DNA of 64,000 nucleotides from Diplonema japonicum. Its lineage: Eukaryota > Protista > Euglenozoa: Diplonemea. Positions within the stretch are counted from its first letter, which is position 1; each line of letters opens with the position of its first letter. The stretch covers positions 124,001 through 188,000 of the forward strand of contig OZ025664.1 of the NCBI GenBank assembly GCA_964019335.1, given 5' to 3'. The notes beneath the pieces were generated by a model. It was not told the DNA's origin. It made no database searches and saw nothing but the letters and a program-made list of their open reading frames with translations. Positions 14,120 through 25,036 of the stretch are shown here, piece by piece. Position numbers and translations under genes: made by a program.

Positions 14120-14400
14120 CTGTGTGATTTCTGGAAACTGTCTTTTGACATGCCACGTTCTTACCTACAAGGGGTCTCTTTCTGTGCTGCAGCCTTGCCC
14201 CTCTTCAGCCTGCGCAGCACCGAGTCTAGCTCGTCCGTTCCGGGTTTCGCGCTCTTCTTTGCAGTCGTTTTTGGGACAGGCTTTTGCGTAGTGCTCAACG
14301 AGCACGCTGGCCTTCTCTTTGTCGGTGGTGGCGATGCCATTTCCTCGTCGGAGTGGGGCTACTGGATATTTCTCGCTGCGGATGACCGAGAAGACTTGCG
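14120..14400 (-). mobile_element. Decayed non-LTR (LINE) retrotransposon fragment, pre-RT region
   Basis: The minus strand reads GIATTDKEKASVLVEHYAKAC and, after a frameshift, TDELDSVLRRLKRGKAA. These match the 'TD.EKA..L..HF' linker and 'EL...L..LK.GKA(PGPD)' motif that precede LINE RT domains. Confidence 0.65.
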
Positions 14401-14495
14401 AGAGATTCCCGTGTCAGGTCGGGGTACCAATGAAGCTTCAGCAATTGTCCCTTTACGGAATTCGTTTCACAGTATACAAAACACAAGCACATAAG

Positions 14496-16160
14496 ATGGT
14501 CTTCACCGGTCTTGTAAGTGGTGTGGGCACAGGGTGTTTCGAACCCACTGAAGAGGGAGAGTGCAAAATGCTAAAAGTAGCCTGCGAAGGGTGGTTCAAA
14601 GGCGTGGAGTTGGGGGACAGCATCGCCGTGAACGGCTGCTGTCTGACTGTGGTTAAGATGACCGACGACAATGCATGGTTTCAGGTTATGAAGGAAACCT
14701 TGCGGCTGACTGCTTTGGAAGACAAAACTACCTTCAACATTGAGAAGGCTGTGATCCACGATGCCACGCGCATGGGAGGACACGTGGTCCAGGGACACGT
14801 CCATGGCGTGGGCTCACTGACATCGGTAACCCCTGTGACTGGTGACGACTCTGTGCTGTACTGGTTCGCAGTCCCCCCTGTGCCTGCCGACCTTGCCCTG
14901 AAGCACAAGGGCTCCATTGCCATCAATGGCGTCTCCCTCACAGTTGCCGAGGTCGATGGTGCCAATGTCAAAGTCTCCATCATCCCGCACACCCGCAAGG
15001 TGACCACCTTTGGAGCCCTGCAGCCTGGTGACCGTGTCAACATCGAGTTCGACTGCAACTCAACATCCGCCGCCCCTCTCCCCACACCCAGCACCGACAC
15101 CGACTTTATGCTTGAGGCCGTCAAAGAAGGCAACCTGGGCCGCCTAACGGCCCCTCCCAACCCATGGGTCGGCTGCGTCGTCGTTCGTGACGGCTGCATC
15201 ATCGGCAGAGGGCACCACATCAAGGCAGGCACACCCCATGCAGAGATCCAAGCTTTCAACTCCGTCTCCGATAAGACCCTCCTCAAAGGCAGCACCGTCT
15301 ACACCACACTCGAACCCTGCTCGCACCATGGCAGGACAGGGCCTTGCTGCGAGGCGCTGGCTGCTGCGGGTGTGGGGAAGTGCGTGATCGGTGTGCTCGA
15401 CCCTGACGACAAGGTCTCCGGAAGGGGTGTGGAGTTCATGCGGTCCAAGGGCATTGAGGTGGTGTGCAACGTGGCGAGCGAGGCATGTGAGGAGTCCCTG
15501 AAGTCGTACCTGCACCAGAGGCGCAGCGGCATGCCGTACGTAGTCATCAAGACTGCCACCACACTCGACGGGTGCGTGGCGTGCGGCGACGGCACTTCCA
15601 AGTGGATCACAGGTCCTGATGCCCGCTCCAGAGGCCATCTCATTAGGGCTCAGTCTCAGGCTATTGTAGTGGGCAGTTCCACCGTGCTAGCTGACAACCC
15701 ACAGCTCACAGTGCGTCGCCCTGACGTCCCTTCAGACCACCAGCCCTTGCGCGTGGTCCTCGACAGGCGTGGCCGTGTGTGTGACGAGAAGCTCACCCTT
15801 CTTGCGGATGAACACAAGACGCTGATCTTCACTGAGCAGGCGCTGGCATCCTCGGAGACTGTGGAGGTCGTCGAAGGCCCCTTCACTCTCAGTAGCGTGC
15901 TCAAGGAACTTGCCTCCCGCGGAGTCCTCCAGGTGATGATCGAGGGTGGGGGCGCGCTGCACACTTCGTTCATGAAGGAGTCACTCTTCAACGAGCTCTA
16001 CTTGTTCCAAGGAGCCACTTTCTTCGGTGAGGGTGGCAGGAAATGGCTGCAGCAGCCCCTGTGCTCTACGATAGCGGAGGCGACATTCCTTAAACTGGAG
16101 TCCGTGGAACAGTTGGGCAACGATACCATGTCCGTGTTCACCTTGCAGAAGAAAGACTAA
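14496..16160 (+). CDS. Fusion: riboflavin synthase + RibD (pyrimidine deaminase and reductase)
   Basis: Synthase motifs MVFTG, GDSIAVNGCCLTV, GGHVVQGHV, KGSIAINGVSLTV. Deaminase motifs PNPWVGCV, HAE, TLEPCSH..PCC. Reductase motifs SKWITG, VGSSTVLADNP, IEGGG. ATG 14496 follows a TTCACAG acceptor. Confidence 0.93.
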   Translation: MVFTGLVSGVGTGCFEPTEEGECKMLKVACEGWFKGVELGDSIAVNGCCLTVVKMTDDNAWFQVMKETLRLTALEDKTTFNIEKAVIHDATRMGGHVVQGHVHGVGSLTSVTPVTGDDSVLYWFAVPPVPADLALKHKGSIAINGVSLTVAEVDGANVKVSIIPHTRKVTTFGALQPGDRVNIEFDCNSTSAAPLPTPSTDTDFMLEAVKEGNLGRLTAPPNPWVGCVVVRDGCIIGRGHHIKAGTPHAEIQAFNSVSDKTLLKGSTVYTTLEPCSHHGRTGPCCEALAAAGVGKCVIGVLDPDDKVSGRGVEFMRSKGIEVVCNVASEACEESLKSYLHQRRSGMPYVVIKTATTLDGCVACGDGTSKWITGPDARSRGHLIRAQSQAIVVGSSTVLADNPQLTVRRPDVPSDHQPLRVVLDRRGRVCDEKLTLLADEHKTLIFTEQALASSETVEVVEGPFTLSSVLKELASRGVLQVMIEGGGALHTSFMKESLFNELYLFQGATFFGEGGRKWLQQPLCSTIAEATFLKLESVEQLGNDTMSVFTLQKKD

Positions 16161-16285
16161 AGAGGATTGACACAGGTTTTTGCCCCCCCTCCCTCCCCGA
16201 CATCGTGTCTGTCCTCAGGTTGCTGCCGAGTTGAGTCTCAGTGTTGAGTAACCAGCTCTTTCCTCCTTCACCGCACTACAGGAAG

Positions 16286-17715
16286 ATGTACGGTAAAGTT
16301 GTACTCGCGTCTGTGCTCGTTGCGTCGTGCAGCGGGCTGGCGGTGCTGCCGGAAAGGTCTCGAGGCGGGAAGCTTGCGGACCTTGTGCCCGAATGGAAGA
16401 CGCAGTACGGGGAAGGGGTTGCGCTGGTGTACGAGGCTCCGCTGGATCACTTCAACGCCAGCATCACAGAGAACATGACTGTGAGGTACTGGGTGGACGC
16501 ATCGTGCTACCAGACGGGGGGGGCTGTCTTTGTCAACATGGGCGGCGAGGGAACTGCAGGTCCCGGTTTCTGCAACGCCAGGGCCAAGCAACACCATGCT
16601 GTGGTGGTAAACGTGGAGCACAGGTTTTATGGTAACTCACAGCCAAAGTCAGCCACGCCGCTCTCCCTCCACTACCTGCGCTTCCTTCAGGTTGAGCAGA
16701 ACCTTGCGGACACTAACGCCATCGCCCTCATGGTGAAGAAGGAGAAAGGGGCAGGCTCTATCTTCGCTTTCGGAGGGTCGTACTCGGGTGCTACTTGCGC
16801 GTGGTTTAGACAAAAGTACCCCTCCACCGTGGCCGGGTGCCTCAGCAGCAGTGGTGTTGTCAATGGTATCTACGAGATGACTGCCTTCGACACCCGTGTG
16901 TTCAAGGCAATCTCCCACCCTGACACGTCATGCCCCAACAACATGATCCAGGCCACCAAGGCGCTTGAGAAGCAGTTCCAGGCAGGCAATGCTGACAAGG
17001 TGAAGAAGCAGTTCAACGCCGAGAACCTTGTCGGCACGAAGCTCGGTGATTCTGATTTCTTCTACGCTGTGGCCGACGCCCTTGCACAGCTGGACCAGTA
17101 CGGGCAGAAGCACCAGCTGTGCAGCGGCTTCCACTCGCTTCCCGCAAACCCGACCGACGCGGAGCGCATTGCCAACGTGAACGAGATCATCACCACGAAC
17201 TACGGGAACAACTTCGTGAACCAGTGCTTCTATGACTCTGAATGTCTGAAAACGACCCTGACCGCCGGCAGCATGGCGAGGCAGTGGAGGTGGCAGAAGT
17301 GCACTGAGGTTGCCTACCTGCAAGACGCCCCTAAGCAGAACAGCCTGCGTTCGACTATCTACCTGACGATGCCTGATCTCATCACGCAGTGCGAGCACGT
17401 CTTCAACCTCAAGGCCGCCGACATGCAGAAAATCAACGCTGACTTCAACAAAAAGTTCTGGCAGCAGCTGCCGACAGAGGCCACCAACGTTTTCTTCTTG
17501 GACTTTTCGGACGACCCATGGCAGGTATGGAAAGCAAAAATGAAAGTAAGTGAATCACACCGAAACAGGAAGCCTCTGTGAACAGGACTCTGTCGCCCTC
17601 CCTCCCGTACTGCATGACCACCTGTGATGGGTGTGGGCACTGTGGTGCTGGCGCCGGTGCCCATGCGAAACAGTGCGACGAAGAAGCAGACACGTACATC
17701 GCCAAGTGGCTGTAG
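16286..17715 (+). CDS. Secreted serine peptidase, family S28, 2 exons
   Basis: Signal peptide, PLDHF, VEHRFYG, GGSYSG nucleophile and DPW. Intron 17525..17568 restores DPWQEASV...CGHC...KWL*. Confidence 0.9.
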
Positions 17716-18109
17716 TGAGCCCTTCTTGTTGACTGTGCAAACGAACGTGTTGACCACCCGCATCCTCGCGTGTGGCTAGTGTGCTCTTGTGTTCTTTTTT
17801 CCATTTCGTTTGTTTGTTTTTTCTTTATTTGCAGCCCAGGTATCACGACCTTTCCTAGGTCCAGGTGTCTGGGTCTCGGTGCGGGGTTGCCTGGTTTCCT
17901 TCTGCTTGCCAGATCACCTTGGTCGTTTGTAAAAAAAAGAGAAGTTTTTTTTTTATTGCTTTTTTTTTTTTTTTTGTTCCACCCTCAAAAAAAGCTTCCA
18001 ACCCTTGGGTACCAGGGTGTAAACGTTGTCCGGTTCCACGGGTTCAGAAAGTCGTCATTCAGTAATAAACACCTCTTTCACAGCATTTAAAAAAACCCCT
18101 TGAAACAAA

Positions 18110-18655
18110 ATGCCTGCCGAGAAGCGTGCCGCGTCGCCGCAGAAGGGTTCGCCCAAGAAGAGCAAGAAGGCGTCCCCTGAGAAGAAGAAGAGGGAGTACC
18201 ACATGAACGTGAACCATTGCCTGGACAAGAAGGTGGAGGTTGCCTCGCTGACAGAGATGATGAAGCTTCCCGTGGGTATGCTGGAGGGTGTGGGGAAGAA
18301 GACCGAGGAGCACCTCAACGACCTTGGCATTAAGACCATCAAGGACATGGGGACTTGGAAGTACTACAAGATATCGAAGGCCATCGCAGTTCTTGCATTG
18401 ACTGAGGAGTCGGGGTTCAGGCATGACAAGGCCCGTATGAACATCGATGGGGCCCTTGACAAGAAGTTCGAGACCAAGACTCTCTTCGAGATCTCGAAGT
18501 GTTCTCCTGTCGTGCTGCAGGGCCTCGGCCCCAAGGCAGAGGGCGCACTCGATGCACTCCACCTGACGACTGTAGACAAGCTCAGCTCCTACAAGTTTTT
18601 CGAAAGGGCCGAAGCTCTTGTTGACCTTGCGGCTCACGAACGCAAGCAGAAGTAA
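18110..18655 (+). CDS. Hypothetical protein with two tandem helix-hairpin-helix-like units
   Basis: Internal duplication MNVNHCLDKK...LEGVGKK / MNIDGALDKK...LQGLGPK; Lys/SP-rich N-terminus. Confidence 0.75.
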   Translation: MPAEKRAASPQKGSPKKSKKASPEKKKREYHMNVNHCLDKKVEVASLTEMMKLPVGMLEGVGKKTEEHLNDLGIKTIKDMGTWKYYKISKAIAVLALTEESGFRHDKARMNIDGALDKKFETKTLFEISKCSPVVLQGLGPKAEGALDALHLTTVDKLSSYKFFERAEALVDLAAHERKQK

Positions 18656-19158
18656 AATAAAAAGAAGAATTCATGAAAGATCCAGCAATTTTTTTTTTTT
18701 AATTTTTTTTTTTTTATACTCCGCAACTATTATCCCATTCTTGACTAACATTTTAGTTTTAGCCCAAGAAGGAAAAAAAAAAAAGAAAAAAAAAAGAAAG
18801 CTGGATGAATAGTGGTAAGGAGGAGGAGGGACGAGCAGTTTTTGCTGAAAGTCATGGAGATTTTGCTTTATTCAAAATTCGCAAGGTTACATTTGGCGAA
18901 ATCTTTTTTTTTCAGAAGAAAAAAAAAGCTTTCCTCCCCCCTCAAGCCTTTTACCTCTTTTTTTCTGAACCCTTTCTCTACGTACTTAGATGTTTTTTTT
19001 TTTTTTTTTTTTTTTTTTATTTCTCGGTTTTCTTTCTTTTTTTTTTCCCCCCCTTAGTTTTGCCACGCAGTGACATCTTTTTGTTTTTTACTCCTTCTAC
19101 TTTTTTCTTTTAAAAATTGAAAGCTCTGTTCTAAACAGGAATACACAAAAAAAAAGAA

Positions 19159-20592
19159 ATGCAAGTAACAGCTGTACCTGTACGGCCAATATCAGCAACG
19201 AAGGGCCCACGTGGGGCGTCTTCCCCAAGGAAGCAGGAAAGACAAGAAACCCCATCTAACAGCAGAAGGGCAAGGCGGCCATCATCGGCAATAGTATGCA
19301 AGCGCAGCAGGAGTCTCCCCGACGAAAGAGATATCGAGATCAGAACAGACGGTACGGAGCCTTGGCTGGGAACAAAAATCCGATTTTGGCAAGCAGTGCT
19401 TCTGTACAGCGGGGAGAAGAGGGAGATAGCGGGGTGCTGTGCTGTGCTGGGCATAAAACCATCGCTTGCTGAAAAGGTACTGAAATGGGAAACACGAGCA
19501 CGCGCTGCTCAGAAAGGCCTCCACGTACGTGACACAGAGGAAGTCTCTGAGGTTCTAGAGATCATGAAACGCGAAGGCATTAAGACAACCATCAGCGCTG
19601 ACGAAACCCTTTCGTACCGCAAGCAAGCCGACCCCAACATGTCGGATCCAGAAGCCCTCGCCCAACGAGAGGCACTTAAGTCCCACCCTGAAGTTATAGA
19701 CACCGTGAAGGAGCTGTGGGGTGTGCTCCAGAAATGCCCATCTCCCCACGATAAGGTCATCGACAGGCAGATCTATCAATGGATGTCCCTCCGCTTCCTC
19801 GAACGCCTCGTCCCCGAGAAGGAGCGGCAAGAGGTCCTCCCCCTCCTCGACGAGGACTGGTGGACAGAATCCAAATGCTCTTACTTCATGGATTTCAACT
19901 ACTTCTTCGAAGGCATATTCGCCTACACCGACGTGTGGTGCTCCAAAGTGTCTTGTGTACAGTATAGTAAGAGAATAAAAGAGCTCACAAAGATAGTGAA
20001 CCAAGGGCGATATGAGTTTACGTATTCCATCAGGCTTGCGGAACGGCATTGGACAGAATGGCTGGTAAAGATAGGTGCAGTGGAAGAGTCAAATGCATTT
20101 ACCTCAGATGATGCCTTCACACGCACCAAGTACAAGAAGAGACAGGGGACGGACTTGGCACCTGCAGAGTTTCCGTTTAAAGGACATCGCCACTACAGAA
20201 GGGGGAGGAGAACGTCTAGCAGCGTACCGCAGTCTCCCTCTAGTAAGTCGCCCGGAAGGTCCCCTGCGAGGTCCAGGGGAGGGAGTGTCGCGTCTATAGG
20301 ATCGAGAAGCTCACGAGGGAGCCGGGCATCTATAGTTGCTTATGGGCAGTACTCGGGAACTTCTGTCCTGCGTGATGAAGGCATTGTTAGCAAGAGGGAC
20401 CTTATTAAACTCAAAGCTAGCTCCCCCACACCCCCACGCACTCCCACAGGTGTAAATAGAGACGAGCTCCGAAGTGAGCTCGATCAACTGCAGCAAGAAC
20501 TGATCGACGACGAAATGCAGGACGCCAACGAGGACGACCCCCTCGTCAACGTGGTCCTGCCCGCAAAACTAAGAAAAAGCTCTGCCGCGTGA
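19159..20592 (+). CDS. Hypothetical protein with a central helical (EF-hand-like) domain and Ser/Arg-rich tail
   Basis: 477-aa ORF; core ...ELW...EDWW...MDFNYFFEGIF.YTDVW. The domain label is tentative. Confidence 0.7.
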   Translation: MQVTAVPVRPISATKGPRGASSPRKQERQETPSNSRRARRPSSAIVCKRSRSLPDERDIEIRTDGTEPWLGTKIRFWQAVLLYSGEKREIAGCCAVLGIKPSLAEKVLKWETRARAAQKGLHVRDTEEVSEVLEIMKREGIKTTISADETLSYRKQADPNMSDPEALAQREALKSHPEVIDTVKELWGVLQKCPSPHDKVIDRQIYQWMSLRFLERLVPEKERQEVLPLLDEDWWTESKCSYFMDFNYFFEGIFAYTDVWCSKVSCVQYSKRIKELTKIVNQGRYEFTYSIRLAERHWTEWLVKIGAVEESNAFTSDDAFTRTKYKKRQGTDLAPAEFPFKGHRHYRRGRRTSSSVPQSPSSKSPGRSPARSRGGSVASIGSRSSRGSRASIVAYGQYSGTSVLRDEGIVSKRDLIKLKASSPTPPRTPTGVNRDELRSELDQLQQELIDDEMQDANEDDPLVNVVLPAKLRKSSAA

Positions 20593-20760
20593 AGCATTGT
20601 CATTTATTTATTTGGATGAACCTTTTCCGAGGATCTTTTTTTCTTCTTCTTTTTTTTTTCGTTCTTACTCCACCATGGCGAGGTTACAACAACCGCTTTT
20701 GGTTATACTTTCCGATATCAGTTGTCTCTCTTCTTTCTTTCAGCCTCCGCACCACGCGTA

Positions 20761-22905
20761 ATGTCTTATCAGGAAAAGGGGCAGCAACAGGCAGCAATGA
20801 AGAAGAATGAAGCGGGAAGGGGAAAGAGTGGGGAGAGGGGCAGAGGTATGCCGGAGAAAACTGTTTTTCACCGCGAGGGTTACATGCATGACGAGCATGA
20901 CTATTCGAATGCTGCTGCACCCTACATGCAAGGGCGGGGTAGAGGGAGCGGACCTCCAAGAACAGAGAGGGTGGAGAGGAATTACAAAGGCAAGCAAAAC
21001 AAAGGGTTTCAGAAACATGTAGAGGTGACACACAAGTTCACACAACCAGGTCACAGAGAGAAATGGAAATTCGAGGTTCCAAGGGAATTTAAAGCTAGTG
21101 TGTTAGAACTACAGCGTTCTGTAGACATCGAAGGGACAGGCGTCTTTATAAGGGAGAACAATGGCACGTGGTACCTAATGGGGGGCGCAACAAGCCTAAG
21201 CGAGTTGTCGGAAAGTCTTCATGACAGAATCAACCTGACGATAGTACAGCGGGAACGCGCGGACATATCGGTGGTGCAAAAGGGAGGAAACAACACGGAA
21301 AACGTAACGGTGGCGATGATAGTTCCATTGTGGAGCGTGCATCGACTCGAAAGGGACTGGAGCGGGAAGATGGAGCGCAAGACAGGAGTAACAGTGATAG
21401 ATTTCATTCAGCGTGGGAAATCAAGCCACGCAAAACTGGTTTTAAGGGGACAGCGGTTGCAAGTGTACGAGGCAATCAGACAACTCGACTCAAGAGGCGT
21501 TGAATCCTTTGTCATCGACGCACGAACGCGCGCAAAAGTCTCTCATAACGCCTTCAAAAGAGATCCCGGCACAGGACAGCTGGAAAAATACTTGAAGTGC
21601 TTAAAAGAAAGCACCGCGAAAACAGGGTTCGCCGACTACGTCACCATGGGGAGCCTGATATGCGGCACGACAATCCCGAACCTTCTGACGACGGAAGACG
21701 TTCTCGCCAAGCGACAAGTTGTCGAGAGCATCCAGGACATCATTCGAGAGAGATACAAAATGGCCGTTATCTATATGTTCGGATCGTCAGTCACCGGTCT
21801 TGCTGAGTCATCGTCGGACTTAGACATCGCATGTGACATTTACAACAAGCATCAGTACGATGTAACACTACCCAATGAAGTCCCGATTGTGAGGGAACTG
21901 GGTGGGCTCTTCAAGCGAAGGGGAAGGTTCAGCAATTTGGAGTGCGTTCCCAAAGCACGCTGCCCCATCATCAAGAACGAGTCTGTCCGGAAGCTTCATC
22001 ATTTGAAGGTGCCGTTCAACTCGTCATTCGACCTTTCTTTTCGCCTCTTTGGAACTTGCAACTCGTACCTTCTAAGAAGCTACTTCAACAACCCTGCACA
22101 TCGGATCTGTGGGGTCGTCGTTAAGGCATGGTCGAAGGTTGTTGGCATCAACAATGCGCGGTACGGTTATCTGTCGTCGTACGCAATAACATTGATGTTT
22201 ATCTATTATCTCATACAGGAGGATTTGACGGAACACCGCGACCCTGACGAGTTCATGAATAATGAGCTGCTTCCAACCCCGCCCCCGTTCACCGAAATCC
22301 ACAACAACGAACAGCTTCACAACGAAGTAGGCCACGTTGCGTCAGGCTTCTTCCGATTCTACTCTGAAACCTTCGATTGGCAGAACGATGTTGTCTCAAT
22401 CCGATTTAAACAGCCGGTCAGCAAAGCCGACCTTATGTGGAAGGACGACGATAACGGGACATCTGCTCGTTACGCTATTCAAAACTACCACTTGGCAATC
22501 GAAGACCCTTTCGAACTCAGGAGTGAAGGCGGCTTGAATTGTTGTAGGGGTTTGAGGTACAAGCAGATGCTTTACGTCCGTATCGCGATACAAATGGTGT
22601 GGAAATCGCTTACCGAGACGAAGGATTTCTACACATTGAGGAATTTCCCCACTGTAGCAGGATATCCTTTCAACGAGCAAGAGAGTGATACGGAAGCGGC
22701 AGGCAGCGACACTGAAGAAACAAGCGTTATTCCTGCCAGCCCGATGGTTCCTCCGACAGCCGTTCAAGTTATTCGCAGCACGCCTCCAACTGCGATCCAC
22801 CCCCCCAGCCAACAACCCACAGCTCCGCAGCAGGGCTATAGTGACGATTCTGAAGAATCTGAAGAGGAAATTCACCCTGATGCACACCGGCTGACCACGG
22901 AGTGA
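20761..22905 (+). CDS. Terminal uridylyltransferase / non-canonical poly(A) polymerase (TUT4/RET2-like core)
   Basis: FGSSVTGLAESSSDLD nucleotidyltransferase motif, FDLS...NSYLLRSYF, GYLSSYAITLM and LAIEDPFE...LNCCR PAP-associated motif. Confidence 0.9.
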   Translation: MSYQEKGQQQAAMKKNEAGRGKSGERGRGMPEKTVFHREGYMHDEHDYSNAAAPYMQGRGRGSGPPRTERVERNYKGKQNKGFQKHVEVTHKFTQPGHREKWKFEVPREFKASVLELQRSVDIEGTGVFIRENNGTWYLMGGATSLSELSESLHDRINLTIVQRERADISVVQKGGNNTENVTVAMIVPLWSVHRLERDWSGKMERKTGVTVIDFIQRGKSSHAKLVLRGQRLQVYEAIRQLDSRGVESFVIDARTRAKVSHNAFKRDPGTGQLEKYLKCLKESTAKTGFADYVTMGSLICGTTIPNLLTTEDVLAKRQVVESIQDIIRERYKMAVIYMFGSSVTGLAESSSDLDIACDIYNKHQYDVTLPNEVPIVRELGGLFKRRGRFSNLECVPKARCPIIKNESVRKLHHLKVPFNSSFDLSFRLFGTCNSYLLRSYFNNPAHRICGVVVKAWSKVVGINNARYGYLSSYAITLMFIYYLIQEDLTEHRDPDEFMNNELLPTPPPFTEIHNNEQLHNEVGHVASGFFRFYSETFDWQNDVVSIRFKQPVSKADLMWKDDDNGTSARYAIQNYHLAIEDPFELRSEGGLNCCRGLRYKQMLYVRIAIQMVWKSLTETKDFYTLRNFPTVAGYPFNEQESDTEAAGSDTEETSVIPASPMVPPTAVQVIRSTPPTAIHPPSQQPTAPQQGYSDDSEESEEEIHPDAHRLTTE

Positions 22906-23229
22906 GACCGGGAAAAAGAAAAAAAAAAAAATGGGGGGAGGGAGAGGGGTGTGGGAAAGACCTAGTATCATTTTTTTTTGAGGGGTGGTAATTTCACTTA
23001 GTCACCCCACACAAAAAAAAAGTTTGGAATTTTACAAACTGCTTTTTTGTGGGGGGGTATTAAGTGAACTGCCCTCCTTCTTTTTTTTTTCTCTTTTTTT
23101 TGTCAGGTTTGAAAAAAAAAGAGGGGGGGTGTTTTTTTTTTCCCCACCATGGGTGTTCTTCTTCTTTTTAAGGTGGTGGGGATAACATGAAAATATAAGA
23201 AAAGCATCAGATGTGTTGTTCGCTGTTGA

Positions 23230-23420
23230 CCTCCTCGTCGGTCATCACCGGTAGCGCCCGAGTGGAAGAACATAATGCAGATGCTCAGGGTGACGAACAG
23301 GCAGCAAACTGCACGAGCGCAGAATCTTGGTTACCCGGGACGCACCGGCTGGGGTTGAGCTGTACACCGCACGCATTAAGGACACGACGCGGAACGCAGA
23401 AGAAGCTACAACTCGGCCGC
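23230..23420 (+). mobile_element. Possible LINE (I/ingi-like) RT-thumb remnant
   Basis: EWKNIMQML...NLGYPGRTGWG* then, frameshifted, LYTARIK. Resembles the 'L.G..WG....LY.A.I' thumb motif; short and degenerate. Confidence 0.35.
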
Positions 23421-25036
23421 GGCGCGCCCCCTGTAATCAAGTAGACAGTTCTTGTGCAGGGCGCCGCCAACACCGGCCTCCTTTAACTCATATTTTTTTT
23501 GTTTTTTGGGGAGAAGGATTTTTTAAAGAAAAAAAAAAAGAAGAAGCGGGGGGAGGGAGGGGGAAAGGGAGGGATGATTTTAGAGGACCAAGAAAAGAAA
23601 GTATTGCTCAGCTAGCTTTACCGTTATCTCGAGGTTCATATTTTACCATTGAAAAGGCCAGCGTGCACGCCTGTTTTTACGGAAGTAAATGTGGAGATGC
23701 GGAGCTGAGGCGAACAAAAAAGAGCCTTTTCACGGGAAGCAGTCCCCCCACTAAAACTAGTTGATAACAGCGTAATGAGTATGAGCGCAAGCTAGTTTTT
23801 TTTTTTTTTTTTTTTTTTTTTTCACTAAGGAGTCTCATTATTGGCTTTCTCGTGTTGAGATCACCAAAGGGTATGAAAGAGAACCCATACAGCCAGATAC
23901 CAGCCCTTTTGTGTGAGACTTCTGTGGCACCTTAGTGCGGTGCGAGAAATCCCCCCCCCCCCCCCAACTCAAGTTGAATTGTGACTCATAATGTGTGGGT
24001 GAACGAATAACTATTTTTTTTTATATTTCATGGGGGTGGTCCTCAAGTGGGATTTGCCTTAAACATCGCTTTTTTTTTTCTTTCTTTACTCGTTCTAAGA
24101 ACCGGCGATCGTAGTGCCTTGTGACTTTCCGATAGACTTTTTTTTTTGAATATTCGGAAAGTGTTGGCTTTCTTTTGCCCCCCCCCCCCCCCCCCCCCCA
24201 TTTTGCCAGAAACCTGGCGCTAAAGGGAGTGATACTAAAAAAGAGAAAGATAGTGAAGGAGGCTACCTTGGGGGAAAAAACGAGAGGAAGAATGGGGGCA
24301 ACCTTGGGGGAAAAAAAGAACGAAAAAAAAAAAAAAATGGGGGTAGAGGAAAAAGGGGAGGCGATGCTTTTTTTTTTTTTTTTTTTTTTATATTCCCCCG
24401 TTTCTTTGACCATAGTAAAGAGGAAGGAGGGGAAAATGGGATCCGTGCCTGAAAATTAACTATCCCTTACAGCCCCATTGAAAAACTCCTGCTTGTTCAC
24501 TCACCCCCTCCTTTTTTTTTCCTGGTCAGAAACCCCCTTGCCCGAGAACAACCTGTATGATTTGTGTAACATGCCTGAAATTGAGAATGGCACCGTTGGC
24601 CTGCCAATTCTACATAGATGCAGATGTCAAGGGGGAGGGGGTGGGGATTTCCTTCTTCTTCTCATGCTTTTGACTAATGCACGGTTTGCAAGAAAAAAAA
24701 GAGGGGAAGGTGACGCATATACTTTAGGAATGCACGTCTAGTGAAAAGAGGGTATGAGGTATTGGCGATTTTTTTTTTTCTTAGGACGGAGGTCTCGAAA
24801 TTATGCTCGCAAGTGCCTATATGCATGATTTATGGCATAAAACGAGGGAAGAAAGGTATAGGTTTTCTCTCTTACATGCCTCTGAACCCCTCTTTTATTT
24901 ACTTCCTTTCTCTTTTTTTCTTTTCTTTTTTTTTTCCCTTCCCTCCCCTATCCCCCCCCCCAAAAAAGGAAAAAAAAGCCCTTTTCCCCTTCATGTGTCA
25001 TCTTCTTTTACAATTCAAAACATACCTCAGGGAGGG

